Positions 1-9,861 of a stretch of DNA of 64,000 nucleotides are shown one piece after another. The stretch comes from an uncultured Bacillaceae bacterium (lineage in GTDB: Bacteria > Bacillota > Bacilli > Bacillales > Cytobacillaceae): assembly GCA_963765265.1 (NCBI GenBank), contig CAVXVN010000013.1, positions 33,676-97,675 of the forward strand, written 5' to 3'. Under the pieces are notes generated by a model, which saw only the letters and a list, made by a program, of their open reading frames with translations, did no database searches and was not told where the DNA came from. Each line of letters begins with the position of its first letter. Position 1 is the first letter of the stretch. The position numbers and the translations under genes were made by a program.

Positions 1-1
1 G

Positions 2-910
2 GGAAACATCAGCAATGCAGTGCTAACGGCTGCTGTTTCAGAAGCTGGTGGACTTGGAACGATTGGGTGCGGAACAATGAGACCTGAAGAAATCGAAACC
101 ATTATTTTGGAAACGCAAAGAAGAACCTATCATCCATTTGCTCTAAATATTGCGCTATCTGTTAATCCATATGTATCAGATTTAGTCCAATTAGCGATTA
201 AACATAAAATACCTGTTGTATCTTTATCTGCAGGAAATCCTGCCCCTATTATACCGGTGTTACATCAACATGGTATTAAAGTCGTTGCAGTTGTTGCTTC
301 TGTCAAACATGCGCAAAAAGCTGAAGCAGCAGGGGCAGATCTATTGGTAGCAGAAGGATATGAAGCAGCTGGAATTAATTCTAATCTTGAATTAACAACA
401 TTTACACTGATTCCGCAAATTACGAAATCTGTTTCCATTCCAGTTGCCGCAGCTGGGGGAATTGGTGATGGAAAAGGTTTGGCTGCCGTCTTCATGCTCG
501 GAGCAAGTGGTGTACAAATGGGGACTCGTTTAATCGCTACAAAAGAAGCACCGTTTCATGATTTGTATAAAGCGAACTTACTGCAGGCAAGCGGTACAGA
601 CACGAGGATAGTTGGGCGTTCTGTTGGACGTGTTAGAAGAATATTAAATACATCATATGCACAAAAGTTACTTCAAGCTGAAAATGATGGAGTGAGTTTG
701 GAAGAATTTAATGAATTGACTTCAGAAGATCAACATATAAAAGGTGCATTATTAGGAGACATGGAAAATGGTTTCATTAATAGCGGTCAGATTGCTGGGC
801 TCATCACATCCATTCCAAGTGTTAAAGAACTATTTGAAAGTATGATAGATGAAGCCAAAACACAAATTAATCGTTCTGCACAAATAATTGCAGCAGTTAC
901 TAGCAAATAG
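2..910 (+). CDS. FabK/nitronate monooxygenase-family flavoprotein (5' truncated by window edge)
   Basis: Open from base 2 (GNISNAVLTAAVSEAGGLG); motifs VAEGYEAAG, AAGGIGDG, GASGVQMGTR. Confidence 0.85.
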   Translation, partial: GNISNAVLTAAVSEAGGLGTIGCGTMRPEEIETIILETQRRTYHPFALNIALSVNPYVSDLVQLAIKHKIPVVSLSAGNPAPIIPVLHQHGIKVVAVVASVKHAQKAEAAGADLLVAEGYEAAGINSNLELTTFTLIPQITKSVSIPVAAAGGIGDGKGLAAVFMLGASGVQMGTRLIATKEAPFHDLYKANLLQASGTDTRIVGRSVGRVRRILNTSYAQKLLQAENDGVSLEEFNELTSEDQHIKGALLGDMENGFINSGQIAGLITSIPSVKELFESMIDEAKTQINRSAQIIAAVTSK

Positions 911-1031
911 CAAAAAGTTTTTATTTATTCAGAAGGATAGAAAGGTGGAGGTGTAGAAGGGTAATGAATTTGACTGAAAAGGAAATAAATCAGAGGTATC
1001 AAGAAGATATTTTTAGACATTTTGAACAAGA

Positions 1032-1129
1032 AGTCGTCATCTCAACAAACCAATGACTCGTGGAGAGTGGATGAAACGTATATAAAAGTAAAAGGTCAAT
1101 GGATGTAACTATATCATGCAGTGGATTCC
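1032..1129 (+). mobile_element. IS6-family transposase remnant
   Basis: Translates TNDSWRVDETYIKVKGQWM*LYHAVDS, the IS6 DDE first-Asp motif, with an in-frame stop. Confidence 0.8.
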
Positions 1130-1285
1130 GAAGTTGATGATTAAAGCAGGATATGCCTTGAATTCAAGCTTGGGATTCCTGATTGCCCTTCAAGGCGGTG
1201 CCATTATAGGGACTCTTATCATGGGTAGACTTTGTGATAAATATGGCTCTAAAAAGATACTTGTTCCGATGTATGCTTCAGGTGA
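1122..1285 (+). pseudogene. Internal fragment of an aromatic-acid MFS transporter
   Basis: WIPKLMIKAGYALNSSLGFLIALQGGAIIG aligns with WLPKLMVQAGYALGSSLTFLLVLNAGAIFG of the intact MFS at 33258. Confidence 0.75.
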
Positions 1286-1340
1286 ATGGAATTCTTTTGG
1301 ATTCATGCTTAATTAAAATAAATAAAGGGAGATAAAATGG

Positions 1341-2588
1341 ATGTCCACTTTACGAAATGATACATTAAAAATGCACAAGGAAAATCAAGGAAAGCTTAGC
1401 GTTCATTCAAAAGTTCCTTTACGCAATGCGGAAGATTTAAGTCTCGCTTATTCTCCAGGTGTCGCAGAACCGTGTATGGACATTTATGAAGATGAAAGAA
1501 AAGTATATGACTACACGATGAAGGGAAATCTGGTTGCAGTTATTTCAAATGGAACAGCCGTCCTCGGTCTTGGAAACATCGGACCGAAAGCAGCAATGCC
1601 TGTTATGGAAGGAAAAGCCGTATTATTCAAATCCTTTGCAGATGTAGACGCCTTTCCACTATGCCTAGATACAACCGATTCGGACAAGATTGTAGAGACT
1701 GTTAAATTATTAGAGCCCACATTTGGCGGGGTAAACTTAGAAGACATTAAGGCACCAGAATGTTTTGTAATTGAAGAACGACTAAAGAAAATATGTAATA
1801 TTCCAGTTTTTCATGATGATCAGCATGGTACGGCCATCGTAACAGCGGCAGGGTTACTCAATGCTCTGAAACTAGCAAACAAAAAGATCGAAGAGATTCG
1901 CGTTGTCGCAAACGGAGCAGGTTCTGCCGGTGTTGCTATTGTCAAATTGCTGATAAAAATGGGTGTAAAAGACGTCATTTTATGTGATACAAAAGGAATC
2001 ATTTATGAAGGACGTCCAGTGGGAATGAATTCTTTTAAAGAAGAAATGGCTCGGATCACCAATAAAGAGAAAAAACAAGGATCTTTGGCAGATGCCATGG
2101 TGGGAGCGGATGTATTTGTCGGCGTATCTGCCCCAGGTGCGGTCACGAAAGAAATGATTCGTTCCATGAATCATCATTCGATTATTTTTGCAATGGCAAA
2201 TCCGGTACCTGAAATTATGCCAGAGGAAGCAACAGAAGCAGGTGCGCTCGTGGTCGGAACAGGTCGTTCTGATTTTCCAAATCAGGTCAATAACGTACTA
2301 GCCTTCCCTGGTATCTTCCGAGGTGCATTGGACGTTCAGGCGAAAGAAATCAATGACGAAATGAAACTAGCAGCGGTTTACGCAATTGCTGGATTAATTG
2401 AAGCGGAAGAACTTCATGCTGAATATGTGATTCCCAACGCATTTGACCCTAGAGTCGCAGCATTTGTAGCAGCCGCTGTTGCAAACGCTGCAATGGAAAC
2501 GGGTGTTGCACGTAAGTTTATTAACCCAGAAAATGTAAAAGAGCGCTTATTAGCATGGGCAGAGGAAAATCAGCCCGCTTTGGTATAA
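1341..2588 (+). CDS. NAD(P)-dependent malic enzyme (YtsJ/MaeB-type)
   Basis: LAYSPGVAEPC, GTAVLGLG, NLEDI, FHDDQHGTA, GRSDFPNQVNNVLAFPG. Confidence 0.93.
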   Translation: MSTLRNDTLKMHKENQGKLSVHSKVPLRNAEDLSLAYSPGVAEPCMDIYEDERKVYDYTMKGNLVAVISNGTAVLGLGNIGPKAAMPVMEGKAVLFKSFADVDAFPLCLDTTDSDKIVETVKLLEPTFGGVNLEDIKAPECFVIEERLKKICNIPVFHDDQHGTAIVTAAGLLNALKLANKKIEEIRVVANGAGSAGVAIVKLLIKMGVKDVILCDTKGIIYEGRPVGMNSFKEEMARITNKEKKQGSLADAMVGADVFVGVSAPGAVTKEMIRSMNHHSIIFAMANPVPEIMPEEATEAGALVVGTGRSDFPNQVNNVLAFPGIFRGALDVQAKEINDEMKLAAVYAIAGLIEAEELHAEYVIPNAFDPRVAAFVAAAVANAAMETGVARKFINPENVKERLLAWAEENQPALV

Positions 2589-2745
2589 ATCCAGTTCTAA
2601 CTAATATCTCTCAAAAGATGATTGTTTCTCAAACCTGATTGTGCTTCATGAAGACGTACACCGGCTGTCACTTTAGGAGTTATTTTGCACCTGTTTTAAG
2701 TGCTATTTTGCACTATAAGTAAATATAAAAAGCCCAATTTCTCAG

Positions 2746-3078
2746 TAAAGTGTACCCTTTGTAAAGGACATTTAAAAAAAGCCTAGGCAGTTTTAAGGAG
2801 ATGATCTCTGTATTGAACAGGGGTCATCTTTTTTAAGTTCCACTGATATCTATAGTAATTGTAATAAATCATATATTGTTTAATTTCTTTTCTTAATTCA
2901 TCTAGACTTGTACATGCTTTAATAGAGGCTTCATCTTTAAAATGGACAAAGAATGATTCTTGAGGGGCGTTATCCCAACAGTTTCCTCGTCTTGACATAG
3001 ATTGACGTAACCCTAATTTCTTCACTGCTTTTTGAAAGATAGGACTTGTATAATGAACACCTTGATCCGAGTGAAAAT
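2746..3078 (-). mobile_element. IS3/IS150-family transposase 3' remnant with probable right end
   Basis: Minus strand gives FHSDQGVHYTS...SMSRRGNCWDNAPQESFF..FKDE integrase-core motifs; 5' part absent. Confidence 0.85.
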
Positions 3079-3452
3079 ACAGAGGAAAGTATTCGGAGAA
3101 GACTTTACGGTCCCCCGCTCAAGATGATTTCAATGAGTAGCGGAACCAACATATAAACTAAGAAGAAGACAAAAGTACCTAAAACAACTAATCCTCATTT
3201 TCCCTTCAAAGCCCCTAATGCCTGTTTCTTCATTTCTGAAATTCTCATTTTCTATTTTCCCCCATTCATCAGTACCATCATCACATAATATTCAATATAT
3301 GGTCGTTATATGAAAGAATCGGCTATTTAATACAATTAGAATCTTGAGGTCGGGGTCTTACTGCCCGTTAACTTTCTTATTAGGTTAAACCTTTGAACTG
3401 CGGGTGTGAGTGGTCTTCATGAAAACGTGCCTCCTACTCGATTAAATTGCCT

Positions 3453-3556
3453 TTCGCAAAAATAATTCTTAATATTGCGAAAATTATCTTGTTTGCGATA
3501 GTATAGGGACCTTTGGTCTTTGATTATCAAGGACATCTGTTGGCATGATACTTGCA
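3453..3556 (+). promoter_or_regulatory. sigma54 promoter P1 (etfB1) with upstream tripartite enhancer
   Basis: TGGCATGATACTTGCA 3541-3556 (GG-N10-GC); upstream TTCGCA...TGCGAA...TTTGCGA 3453-3498. Confidence 0.88.
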
Positions 3557-3685
3557 ATGTAATTAAGCAAAGGGAAAGGAGGAATGTTTCATTCAATAGT
3601 CCAATGAACGAAGAACAAGATTTTTTACTTTAATTAGTATCCAATTACTGGATATAAATAATAAGACGAAAAAGGGGAGAGAAGA

Positions 3686-4456
3686 ATGAACATCTACGTG
3701 ATTATGAAGCGTACCTTTGATACAGAAGAAAGGATTCAAATTGAAAACGGTACCATTAGGAGTGATGGTGTTGAGTATATCATTAATCCTTATGACGAAT
3801 ACGCCATCGAGGAAGCAATCGCTCTTAAGGAGAAACACGGCGGTGAAGTAACGGTCCTAACCTTAGGAGATGAAGAAGCGGAAAAGGAGCTTCGTACTGC
3901 TCTTGCCATGGGAGCTGACAAAGCTGTATTGATTGATAGCGATGAATTGGAAGCAATCGATCAGTTTTCTACCGCTACTATTCTAGCAACCTACTTGAAA
4001 GATAAAGAGGCGGATATCATCCTGGCTGGAAACGTAGCCGTTGATGGTGGTTCAGGTCAAGTAGGTCCGCGTGTAGCCGAGATGCTGGGGATTCCTCAGG
4101 TCACAGCCATTACAAACCTTACGATTGAAGATGGGAAAGCCACCCTCATTCATGATGTGGAAGGGGACGAAGAAACCATTGAAGTATCACTCCCTGTTCT
4201 TGTGACCACTCAACAAGGGTTGAATGAACCACGCTATCCTTCTTTACCAGGGATTATGAAAGCCAAGAAGAAACCATTAGAGACACTCGAGTTAGATGAT
4301 TTAGATCTGGAAGAAGAAGATGTGAAGGCCAAAATTGAAAAGATTGATCTCTTCCTTCCGCCTAAGAAACAACAAGGTAAAGTTTTAGATGGAGAATTAA
4401 ATAATCAGGTCCAAGAACTTGTTTCATTATTAAAAACGGAAGCAAAAGTCATTTAA
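3686..4456 (+). CDS. etfB: Electron transfer flavoprotein beta subunit, copy 1
   Basis: INPYDEYAIEEA, ALAMGAD, DGGSGQVG, NEPRYPSL. Confidence 0.95.
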   Translation: MNIYVIMKRTFDTEERIQIENGTIRSDGVEYIINPYDEYAIEEAIALKEKHGGEVTVLTLGDEEAEKELRTALAMGADKAVLIDSDELEAIDQFSTATILATYLKDKEADIILAGNVAVDGGSGQVGPRVAEMLGIPQVTAITNLTIEDGKATLIHDVEGDEETIEVSLPVLVTTQQGLNEPRYPSLPGIMKAKKKPLETLELDDLDLEEEDVKAKIEKIDLFLPPKKQQGKVLDGELNNQVQELVSLLKTEAKVI

Positions 4457-4467
4457 GGAGGGTTATT

Positions 4468-5442
4468 ATGGGAAGAAAAGTATTAGTTCTAGGTGAAATT
4501 CGTGACGGTGTTTTAAGAAATGTTTCCTTTGAAGCCATTGCCGCAGCTAAGCTTATTGCCGATGGGGGAGAGGTGGTTGCCGCATTATTTGGAGAAAAGA
4601 TCGATAATGAAAGTACAACCATGCTTCATTATGGAGCCGACCGCGTAGTGAAAGTGGAACATCCCGATTTAAAATCGTATACCACTGACGCTTATCAGCA
4701 AGCATTACTACAAGTTCTGGAGGCAGAAAAGCCAGATGGTTTTGTGATGGGGCATACCGCACAAGGGAAAGATCTATCACCTAGAATTGCGGCCAAAATA
4801 AATACAGGTCTCGTTTCTGATGTGGTCAATATTGAAAGCGATGGTGGAAATGTTATTTTCACGAGACCTATTTATTCAGGGAAAGCATTTGAAAAGGTCA
4901 AAATCAATGAGGGAATCATATTCGCTACAATTCGCCCTAATAACATACCTCCACTAGAAAAAGATGAATCACGTTCCGGTGATGTCAATGAAATGAGTGT
5001 GGATATTAAAAATCTTCGCACCATCATTAAAGATATTGTCCGGAAATCTACTGGCGGAATCGATCTGTCTGAAGCGAAAATTATTGTTTCCGGCGGACGT
5101 GGTGTAAAGGGTGCAGAGAACTTTCAACTGTTGGAGGAACTGGCCCATGCATTAGGGGCTGCAGTAGGTGCCTCACGAGGTGCGTGTGATGCGGGTTATT
5201 GCGATTATTCTTTACAAATCGGACAAACTGGTAAGGTTGTTACTCCGGATCTCTATATTGCCGTTGGGATTTCAGGTGCCATTCAACATTTAGCAGGGAT
5301 GTCGAATTCAAAAATCATTGTGGCGATTAATAAGGATCCAGAAGCCCCTATTTTTGAAGTAGCAGATTATGGAATTGTTGGGGATTTATTCGAGGTTGTT
5401 CCATTGTTTATTGAAGAAATGAAAAGTGTCACTGTTAGCTAA
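4468..5442 (+). CDS. etfA: Electron transfer flavoprotein alpha subunit, copy 1
   Basis: IVSGGRG, QIGQTGK, GISGAIQHLAGM, INKDPEAPIF. Confidence 0.95.
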   Translation: MGRKVLVLGEIRDGVLRNVSFEAIAAAKLIADGGEVVAALFGEKIDNESTTMLHYGADRVVKVEHPDLKSYTTDAYQQALLQVLEAEKPDGFVMGHTAQGKDLSPRIAAKINTGLVSDVVNIESDGGNVIFTRPIYSGKAFEKVKINEGIIFATIRPNNIPPLEKDESRSGDVNEMSVDIKNLRTIIKDIVRKSTGGIDLSEAKIIVSGGRGVKGAENFQLLEELAHALGAAVGASRGACDAGYCDYSLQIGQTGKVVTPDLYIAVGISGAIQHLAGMSNSKIIVAINKDPEAPIFEVADYGIVGDLFEVVPLFIEEMKSVTVS

Positions 5443-5491
5443 TGTTACAAAAAATATATGTTATTTAATTAAAAATTAGGAGGAGTTTTTG

Positions 5492-6703
5492 ATGATGAAT
5501 TTTGAATTAAATGAAGAACAACAAAGTGTACAAAAAATGGTGAGAAGGTTTGTTGATAACGAAATTATCCCGTACATTCAAGAGTGGGATCGCAAGGGTG
5601 AATTTCAACCTGCTATTTTAAAGAAATTGGCGGATTTACAGCTGATGGGTGTTTGTATTCCTGAGGAGTACGGTGGAGCCGGCATGGATTATAATACACT
5701 TGCTATTGTTTGTGCTGAATTAGAACGTGGTGATACGGCATATCGAACAGCAGTTTCGGTTCATACAGGGTTAAACAGTATGACGTTATTGCAATGGGGA
5801 AATGAAGAGCAAAAACAAAAGTACTTAACACCTCAGGCAAAGGGGGAAAAGATTGGTGCGTTTGGATTGACAGAGCCGAATGCCGGAAGTGATGTAGCTG
5901 CAATGAAAACAACAGCACGAAGAGACGGGGATGCATATATTCTTAACGGTTCAAAAACATGGATTTCCTTATGCGATTATGCAGATAATTTTCTGATTTT
6001 TGCAAAAACAGATCACGATGCAGGACATAAAGGGATTACTGCTTTCATCGTTGAACGTACATTTCCTGGAGTAGAAACAAAGGCAATCAAAGGGAAACTC
6101 GGGATTCGTGCAGGGAATACTGGTGAGGTCTTTTTATCAGATGTAAGAGTACCTGTAGAAAATATACTCGGTGATGTAGGGGAAGGCTTTAAAATTGCCA
6201 TGGCTGCGTTAGATAATGGACGCTTTACCGTTGCTGCAGGAGCTGTTGGTTTACTTGAAGCCAGCCTTGAAGCAAGTGTGAAATATTGTCATGAGAGAAA
6301 AACATTTGGAAAAGAAATCGGGAAACACCAGCTTGTTCAACAAATGATAGCGAAAATGAGTGCAGATCTTGAGATTTCTAAATTGCTCGTTTATAAGGCT
6401 GGCTGGTTGAAAAATGAAGGAAAACGCAACACAAGGGAAACGTCATTAGCGAAATGGGTTTCTTGTGATGCAGCGTTTGAGGCAGCAAATAATGCAGTCC
6501 AAGTCCATGGTGCGTACGGTTACTCTGATGAATATCCAGTTGAGCGTTTCCTTCGAAACTCTAAGGCACCTGTGATTTACGAGGGAACAAGAGAGGTTCA
6601 TACAGTAATGCAGGGTGAATATGCGCTGGGATATCGTGATGATAAGCCGCTTCGTCAAATGCTACCTGCATGGCCATTTGAGCAAGTTTCACTACAAAAA
6701 TAA
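5492..6703 (+). CDS. Acyl-CoA dehydrogenase (possibly glutaryl-CoA dehydrogenase-like)
   Basis: FGLTEPNAGSD, NGSKTWIS, QVHGAYGY, IYEGT; substrate inferred only from context. Confidence 0.85.
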   Translation: MMNFELNEEQQSVQKMVRRFVDNEIIPYIQEWDRKGEFQPAILKKLADLQLMGVCIPEEYGGAGMDYNTLAIVCAELERGDTAYRTAVSVHTGLNSMTLLQWGNEEQKQKYLTPQAKGEKIGAFGLTEPNAGSDVAAMKTTARRDGDAYILNGSKTWISLCDYADNFLIFAKTDHDAGHKGITAFIVERTFPGVETKAIKGKLGIRAGNTGEVFLSDVRVPVENILGDVGEGFKIAMAALDNGRFTVAAGAVGLLEASLEASVKYCHERKTFGKEIGKHQLVQQMIAKMSADLEISKLLVYKAGWLKNEGKRNTRETSLAKWVSCDAAFEAANNAVQVHGAYGYSDEYPVERFLRNSKAPVIYEGTREVHTVMQGEYALGYRDDKPLRQMLPAWPFEQVSLQK

Positions 6704-6716
6704 AGAAGAGAAGACA

Positions 6717-6762
6717 ACAAAGAAAGATCATACCTTTTCTGGTATGATCTTTCTTTGTTTCT
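6717..6762 (+). terminator. Intrinsic terminator
   Basis: ACAAAGAAAGATCATACC-TTTTCT-GGTATGATCTTTCTTTGT perfect stem. Confidence 0.85.
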
Positions 6763-6918
6763 TTTTAATATTAGTCTAGTATGAAAGTCTTGCATTAATA
6801 ATAATAGAGGAAATATATAGTACTTATTAACTAAAATGGAAACGATTTCTTTCAATATATGATAATTCAATATATACTAATAATTAAGAAAATTAGGATA
6901 ATAAAGGAGGGAGCAAAG

Positions 6919-7332
6919 ATGAGTTTAACCAACTCGGAACTGTTTATCGGGCAAACAGCACGTTTGCAGCGGGTATTTACCGAAGCTGATGTTCAGCAAT
7001 GTCGAGAATTAGCAAAAGATTTTAATCAAATATATCAAGAAAGTAGTTGGAAGAAACGTTATTCTCGGCCAATTGTTCCCGCTCTGTTAGTAGAGGGTTT
7101 AATTACCCAAGTGATTTCCGATAAACTTCGGGGACGTGCCTGTGTATTGGTGCAAAAAGAAATGATCTATTATCATCCGGTACATATTGGAGATGCGATT
7201 ACCGCTGAATTGTTGACTATTGATATAAATCTGGAAAGAAACTGGGTTACGCAAAAGGTTATATGCTTCAATCAAAATGGAACCGAGGTTATTAAAGGAC
7301 AAGTGGTCATTTTTGTTTTACGGGGGGGCTGA
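6919..7332 (+). CDS. MaoC-like hot-dog fold protein
   Basis: RBS AAGGAGG before ATG 6919; homologous to MaoC at 15469 but DFNQIY replaces DFNPVH. Confidence 0.7.
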   Translation: MSLTNSELFIGQTARLQRVFTEADVQQCRELAKDFNQIYQESSWKKRYSRPIVPALLVEGLITQVISDKLRGRACVLVQKEMIYYHPVHIGDAITAELLTIDINLERNWVTQKVICFNQNGTEVIKGQVVIFVLRGG

Positions 7333-7336
7333 TTAC

Positions 7337-8641
7337 ATGGAGAAGACTGTTCATTTAATAGATGATTGGGGATATATTGAAGTTGATGAAAGCGGAAGAC
7401 TGATTGACGCTAGCCCAGATTTTTGTGAAAATTTTTCGATAAATAAGGTAGATTGCTTAGGGGATTCCATACATGATGTCATTCACGGAATGTATGGCAG
7501 AAGACGTAAAAAAGTCTTTTTCGGAGTGATCTCTGGGATTAATTGTATCATTAAAGTGACGAAAAAGGGTCAAAAGGAGATTTATCGGGTAGTCGTTCGT
7601 GATGGAGATATCGAGCATTATGAAATGGTATCCTTCATGCACTCAATTGATATAGCGAAAATGAACAAAAAAAAGCCTCACCAAAACAAATACAGCTTTG
7701 AGGAAATTATCGGGAATAGCCCGGCAATGAAGGAGGCTAAGGAGTTAGCCACTCGAATTGCGACCAGTAATTCAACCGTGCTGCTGACTGGGGAAAGTGG
7801 GACGGGAAAGGAATTATTCGCTCAAGCGATACATGGGATGAGTACAAGGAAAAATAACCCTTTTATTGCAGTGAATTGTGCGGCTATCCCTGGAGAATTA
7901 TTTGAGTCTGAGCTTTTTGGCTATGAACCGGGAGCATTTAGTGGGGCAAAAAAGGAAGGAAAGCCTGGGAAAATTGAATTAGCCATGAATGGGACCCTTT
8001 TTCTTGATGAAATATCAGAACTCCCTTATGAAGCACAAGGAAAGCTGCTCCGTGTCCTGCAGGAAAGAGAGGTAGAACGTGTCGGAGGAACTGTTAGTAA
8101 AAACATTGATATTCGTATTATTGCAGCAACGAATCGTGACGTAGAAAAAATGGTTGAGGAAGGGAAGTTCAGGCAGGATTTATATTATCGTCTATATGTC
8201 TTCGATTTAACGATTCCCTCACTTAGGGAAAGGAAAGAGGATCTTCTACCATTAGCTCATTATTTTATCGATTCCTTTAATGAGGGGTTTGATCTTGAAG
8301 TAAAATATATCGATTACAAGCTTCAAGAGTGGATTTTGAACTATGAATGGCCAGGAAATGTTCGTGAATTAAGAGCCTTTATTGAGCGGGGAATGAATAT
8401 TGTAGATGGAGATACTCTTGCAATGGATGATATCTATTTTTCACGCCAGGTGGTGAACAATCGAACAACTAAGGTAACCACGTCTCTGCAAAGTTTAGAG
8501 GATGAAGTGAGAAGTGCGGAGATAAACGCAATTCAACGAGCTTTACATGAAGCAAACGGCGATCGATCACTAGCGGCACATAAACTAAAAATACATATTG
8601 CCAGCTTGTATCGAAAAATCGCCAAGTACAATCTAAAATAA
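7337..8641 (+). CDS. sigma54-dependent enhancer-binding protein (sensory-AAA+-Fis HTH)
   Basis: GESGTGKE, ESELFGYEPGAFSGA, LFLDEI, LLRVLQE, FRQDLYYRL, WPGNVREL, C-terminal HTH. Confidence 0.95.
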   Translation: MEKTVHLIDDWGYIEVDESGRLIDASPDFCENFSINKVDCLGDSIHDVIHGMYGRRRKKVFFGVISGINCIIKVTKKGQKEIYRVVVRDGDIEHYEMVSFMHSIDIAKMNKKKPHQNKYSFEEIIGNSPAMKEAKELATRIATSNSTVLLTGESGTGKELFAQAIHGMSTRKNNPFIAVNCAAIPGELFESELFGYEPGAFSGAKKEGKPGKIELAMNGTLFLDEISELPYEAQGKLLRVLQEREVERVGGTVSKNIDIRIIAATNRDVEKMVEEGKFRQDLYYRLYVFDLTIPSLRERKEDLLPLAHYFIDSFNEGFDLEVKYIDYKLQEWILNYEWPGNVRELRAFIERGMNIVDGDTLAMDDIYFSRQVVNNRTTKVTTSLQSLEDEVRSAEINAIQRALHEANGDRSLAAHKLKIHIASLYRKIAKYNLK

Positions 8642-8656
8642 TTCATTCCTTATTTG

Positions 8657-8706
8657 GGGCAGTCCAGAAAATCGTATGATCGATTTTTCTGGACTGCCCT
8701 ATTTTT
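8657..8706 (+). terminator. Intrinsic terminator
   Basis: GGGCAGTCCAGAAAA...TTTTCTGGACTGCCC followed by T run. Confidence 0.8.
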
Positions 8707-8787
8707 ATTGAACATTCCCATTCTTGTATCAGAATTTGTAGCTTTATAAAAGGAAGTTTTGGTAAAAAGGATTTCGATTTTATCCTT

Positions 8788-8891
8788 TTTGCATAAATGA
8801 TTCTTAATTATGCAAAATATTATCAATTTTGCGATAATTCTGTAATTATATTGCTTATTTTACAAGGATACTTGTTGGCACGGAACTTGCA
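8788..8891 (+). promoter_or_regulatory. sigma54 promoter P2 (badI operon) with tripartite enhancer
   Basis: TGGCACGGAACTTGCA 8876-8891; enhancer motif 8788-8834. Confidence 0.9.
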
Positions 8892-9053
8892 AATATAGAT
8901 AAGTGAAAGGAGGAATTATATTTTAGAATTTTTCATTCACAGAAGGACATCATTGGAAAAGAATACCGCTCTTATTCATTAACGGTTTAATGTTTGGAAA
9001 GAAGAAAAAAATCAACAAAAAAATAGATAAACACGAAAGTGGAGGAATGAAAA

Positions 9054-9854
9054 ATGGAATTATTAGATGTTTTGTACGAAAAAACGAATGGTATGGCAAA
9101 GATTACGATTAACCGCCCACAGGCTTACAATGCTTTTAGTGGACGGACGATTCAAGAATTAATTTGGGCTTTCCGCGATGCCTGGGACGATAATCGCATT
9201 GGTGTTGTCGTTTTAACAGGTGCCGGCGAGAAAGCATTTTGTACAGGAGGGGATCAAAAGGAAAAAGGAGATGAAGGAGGCTACGATTATAACGGAGGAT
9301 TAGGCGGTGGTATGGGCCTAGAAATTGAGACCTTGCACCAAACAATTCGCAATATTCCAAAGCCAGTTATTGCCGCAGTGAATGGCTATGCAATTGGTGG
9401 CGGACATGTCCTGCATGTTCTTTGTGATTTGACGATTGCTTCGGAAACAGCAAAATTTGGACAAGCTGGTCCAAAGGTAGGAAGCTATGATGCTGGTTTT
9501 GGTTCCGCTTACTTGGCAAGAGTAGTTGGGGAAAAGAAAGCAAGAGAAATTTGGTACTTGTGTGAGCAATATACTGCTCAAGAAGCAAAAGAAATGGGTC
9601 TTGTCAATAAAATAGTCCCTGCTGATCAGCTGCAAGCGGCAGCAGAAGAATGGGCTACTAAGATTCTAGCTAAAAGTCCAACAGCGCTCAAAATGCTTAA
9701 ATACTCATTTAATGCCGACAGTGCGAACATCCAAGGGATTTCACAACTTGCAATGGGCAGTCTAGCTATGTTTTATAACACAGACGAGTCTGCTGAGGGA
9801 ATGAATGGGTTTCTTGAAAAAAGACCTGCAGATTTTAGTAAGTTTAGAAAATAA
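9054..9854 (+). CDS. badI: 2-ketocyclohexanecarboxyl-CoA hydrolase-like (MenB/BadI crotonase)
   Basis: [26 protein letters not shown]; adjacent to aliA/badH-like genes, no men genes nearby. Confidence 0.75.
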   Translation: MELLDVLYEKTNGMAKITINRPQAYNAFSGRTIQELIWAFRDAWDDNRIGVVVLTGAGEKAFCTGGDQKEKGDEGGYDYNGGLGGGMGLEIETLHQTIRNIPKPVIAAVNGYAIGGGHVLHVLCDLTIASETAKFGQAGPKVGSYDAGFGSAYLARVVGEKKAREIWYLCEQYTAQEAKEMGLVNKIVPADQLQAAAEEWATKILAKSPTALKMLKYSFNADSANIQGISQLAMGSLAMFYNTDESAEGMNGFLEKRPADFSKFRK

Positions 9855-9861
9855 CTAGGAG

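Noticed and set aside
9054-9854. menB of menaquinone biosynthesis
   Set aside because: No menF/D/H/E/C neighbours; flanked by aliA/badH-like genes, favouring BadI
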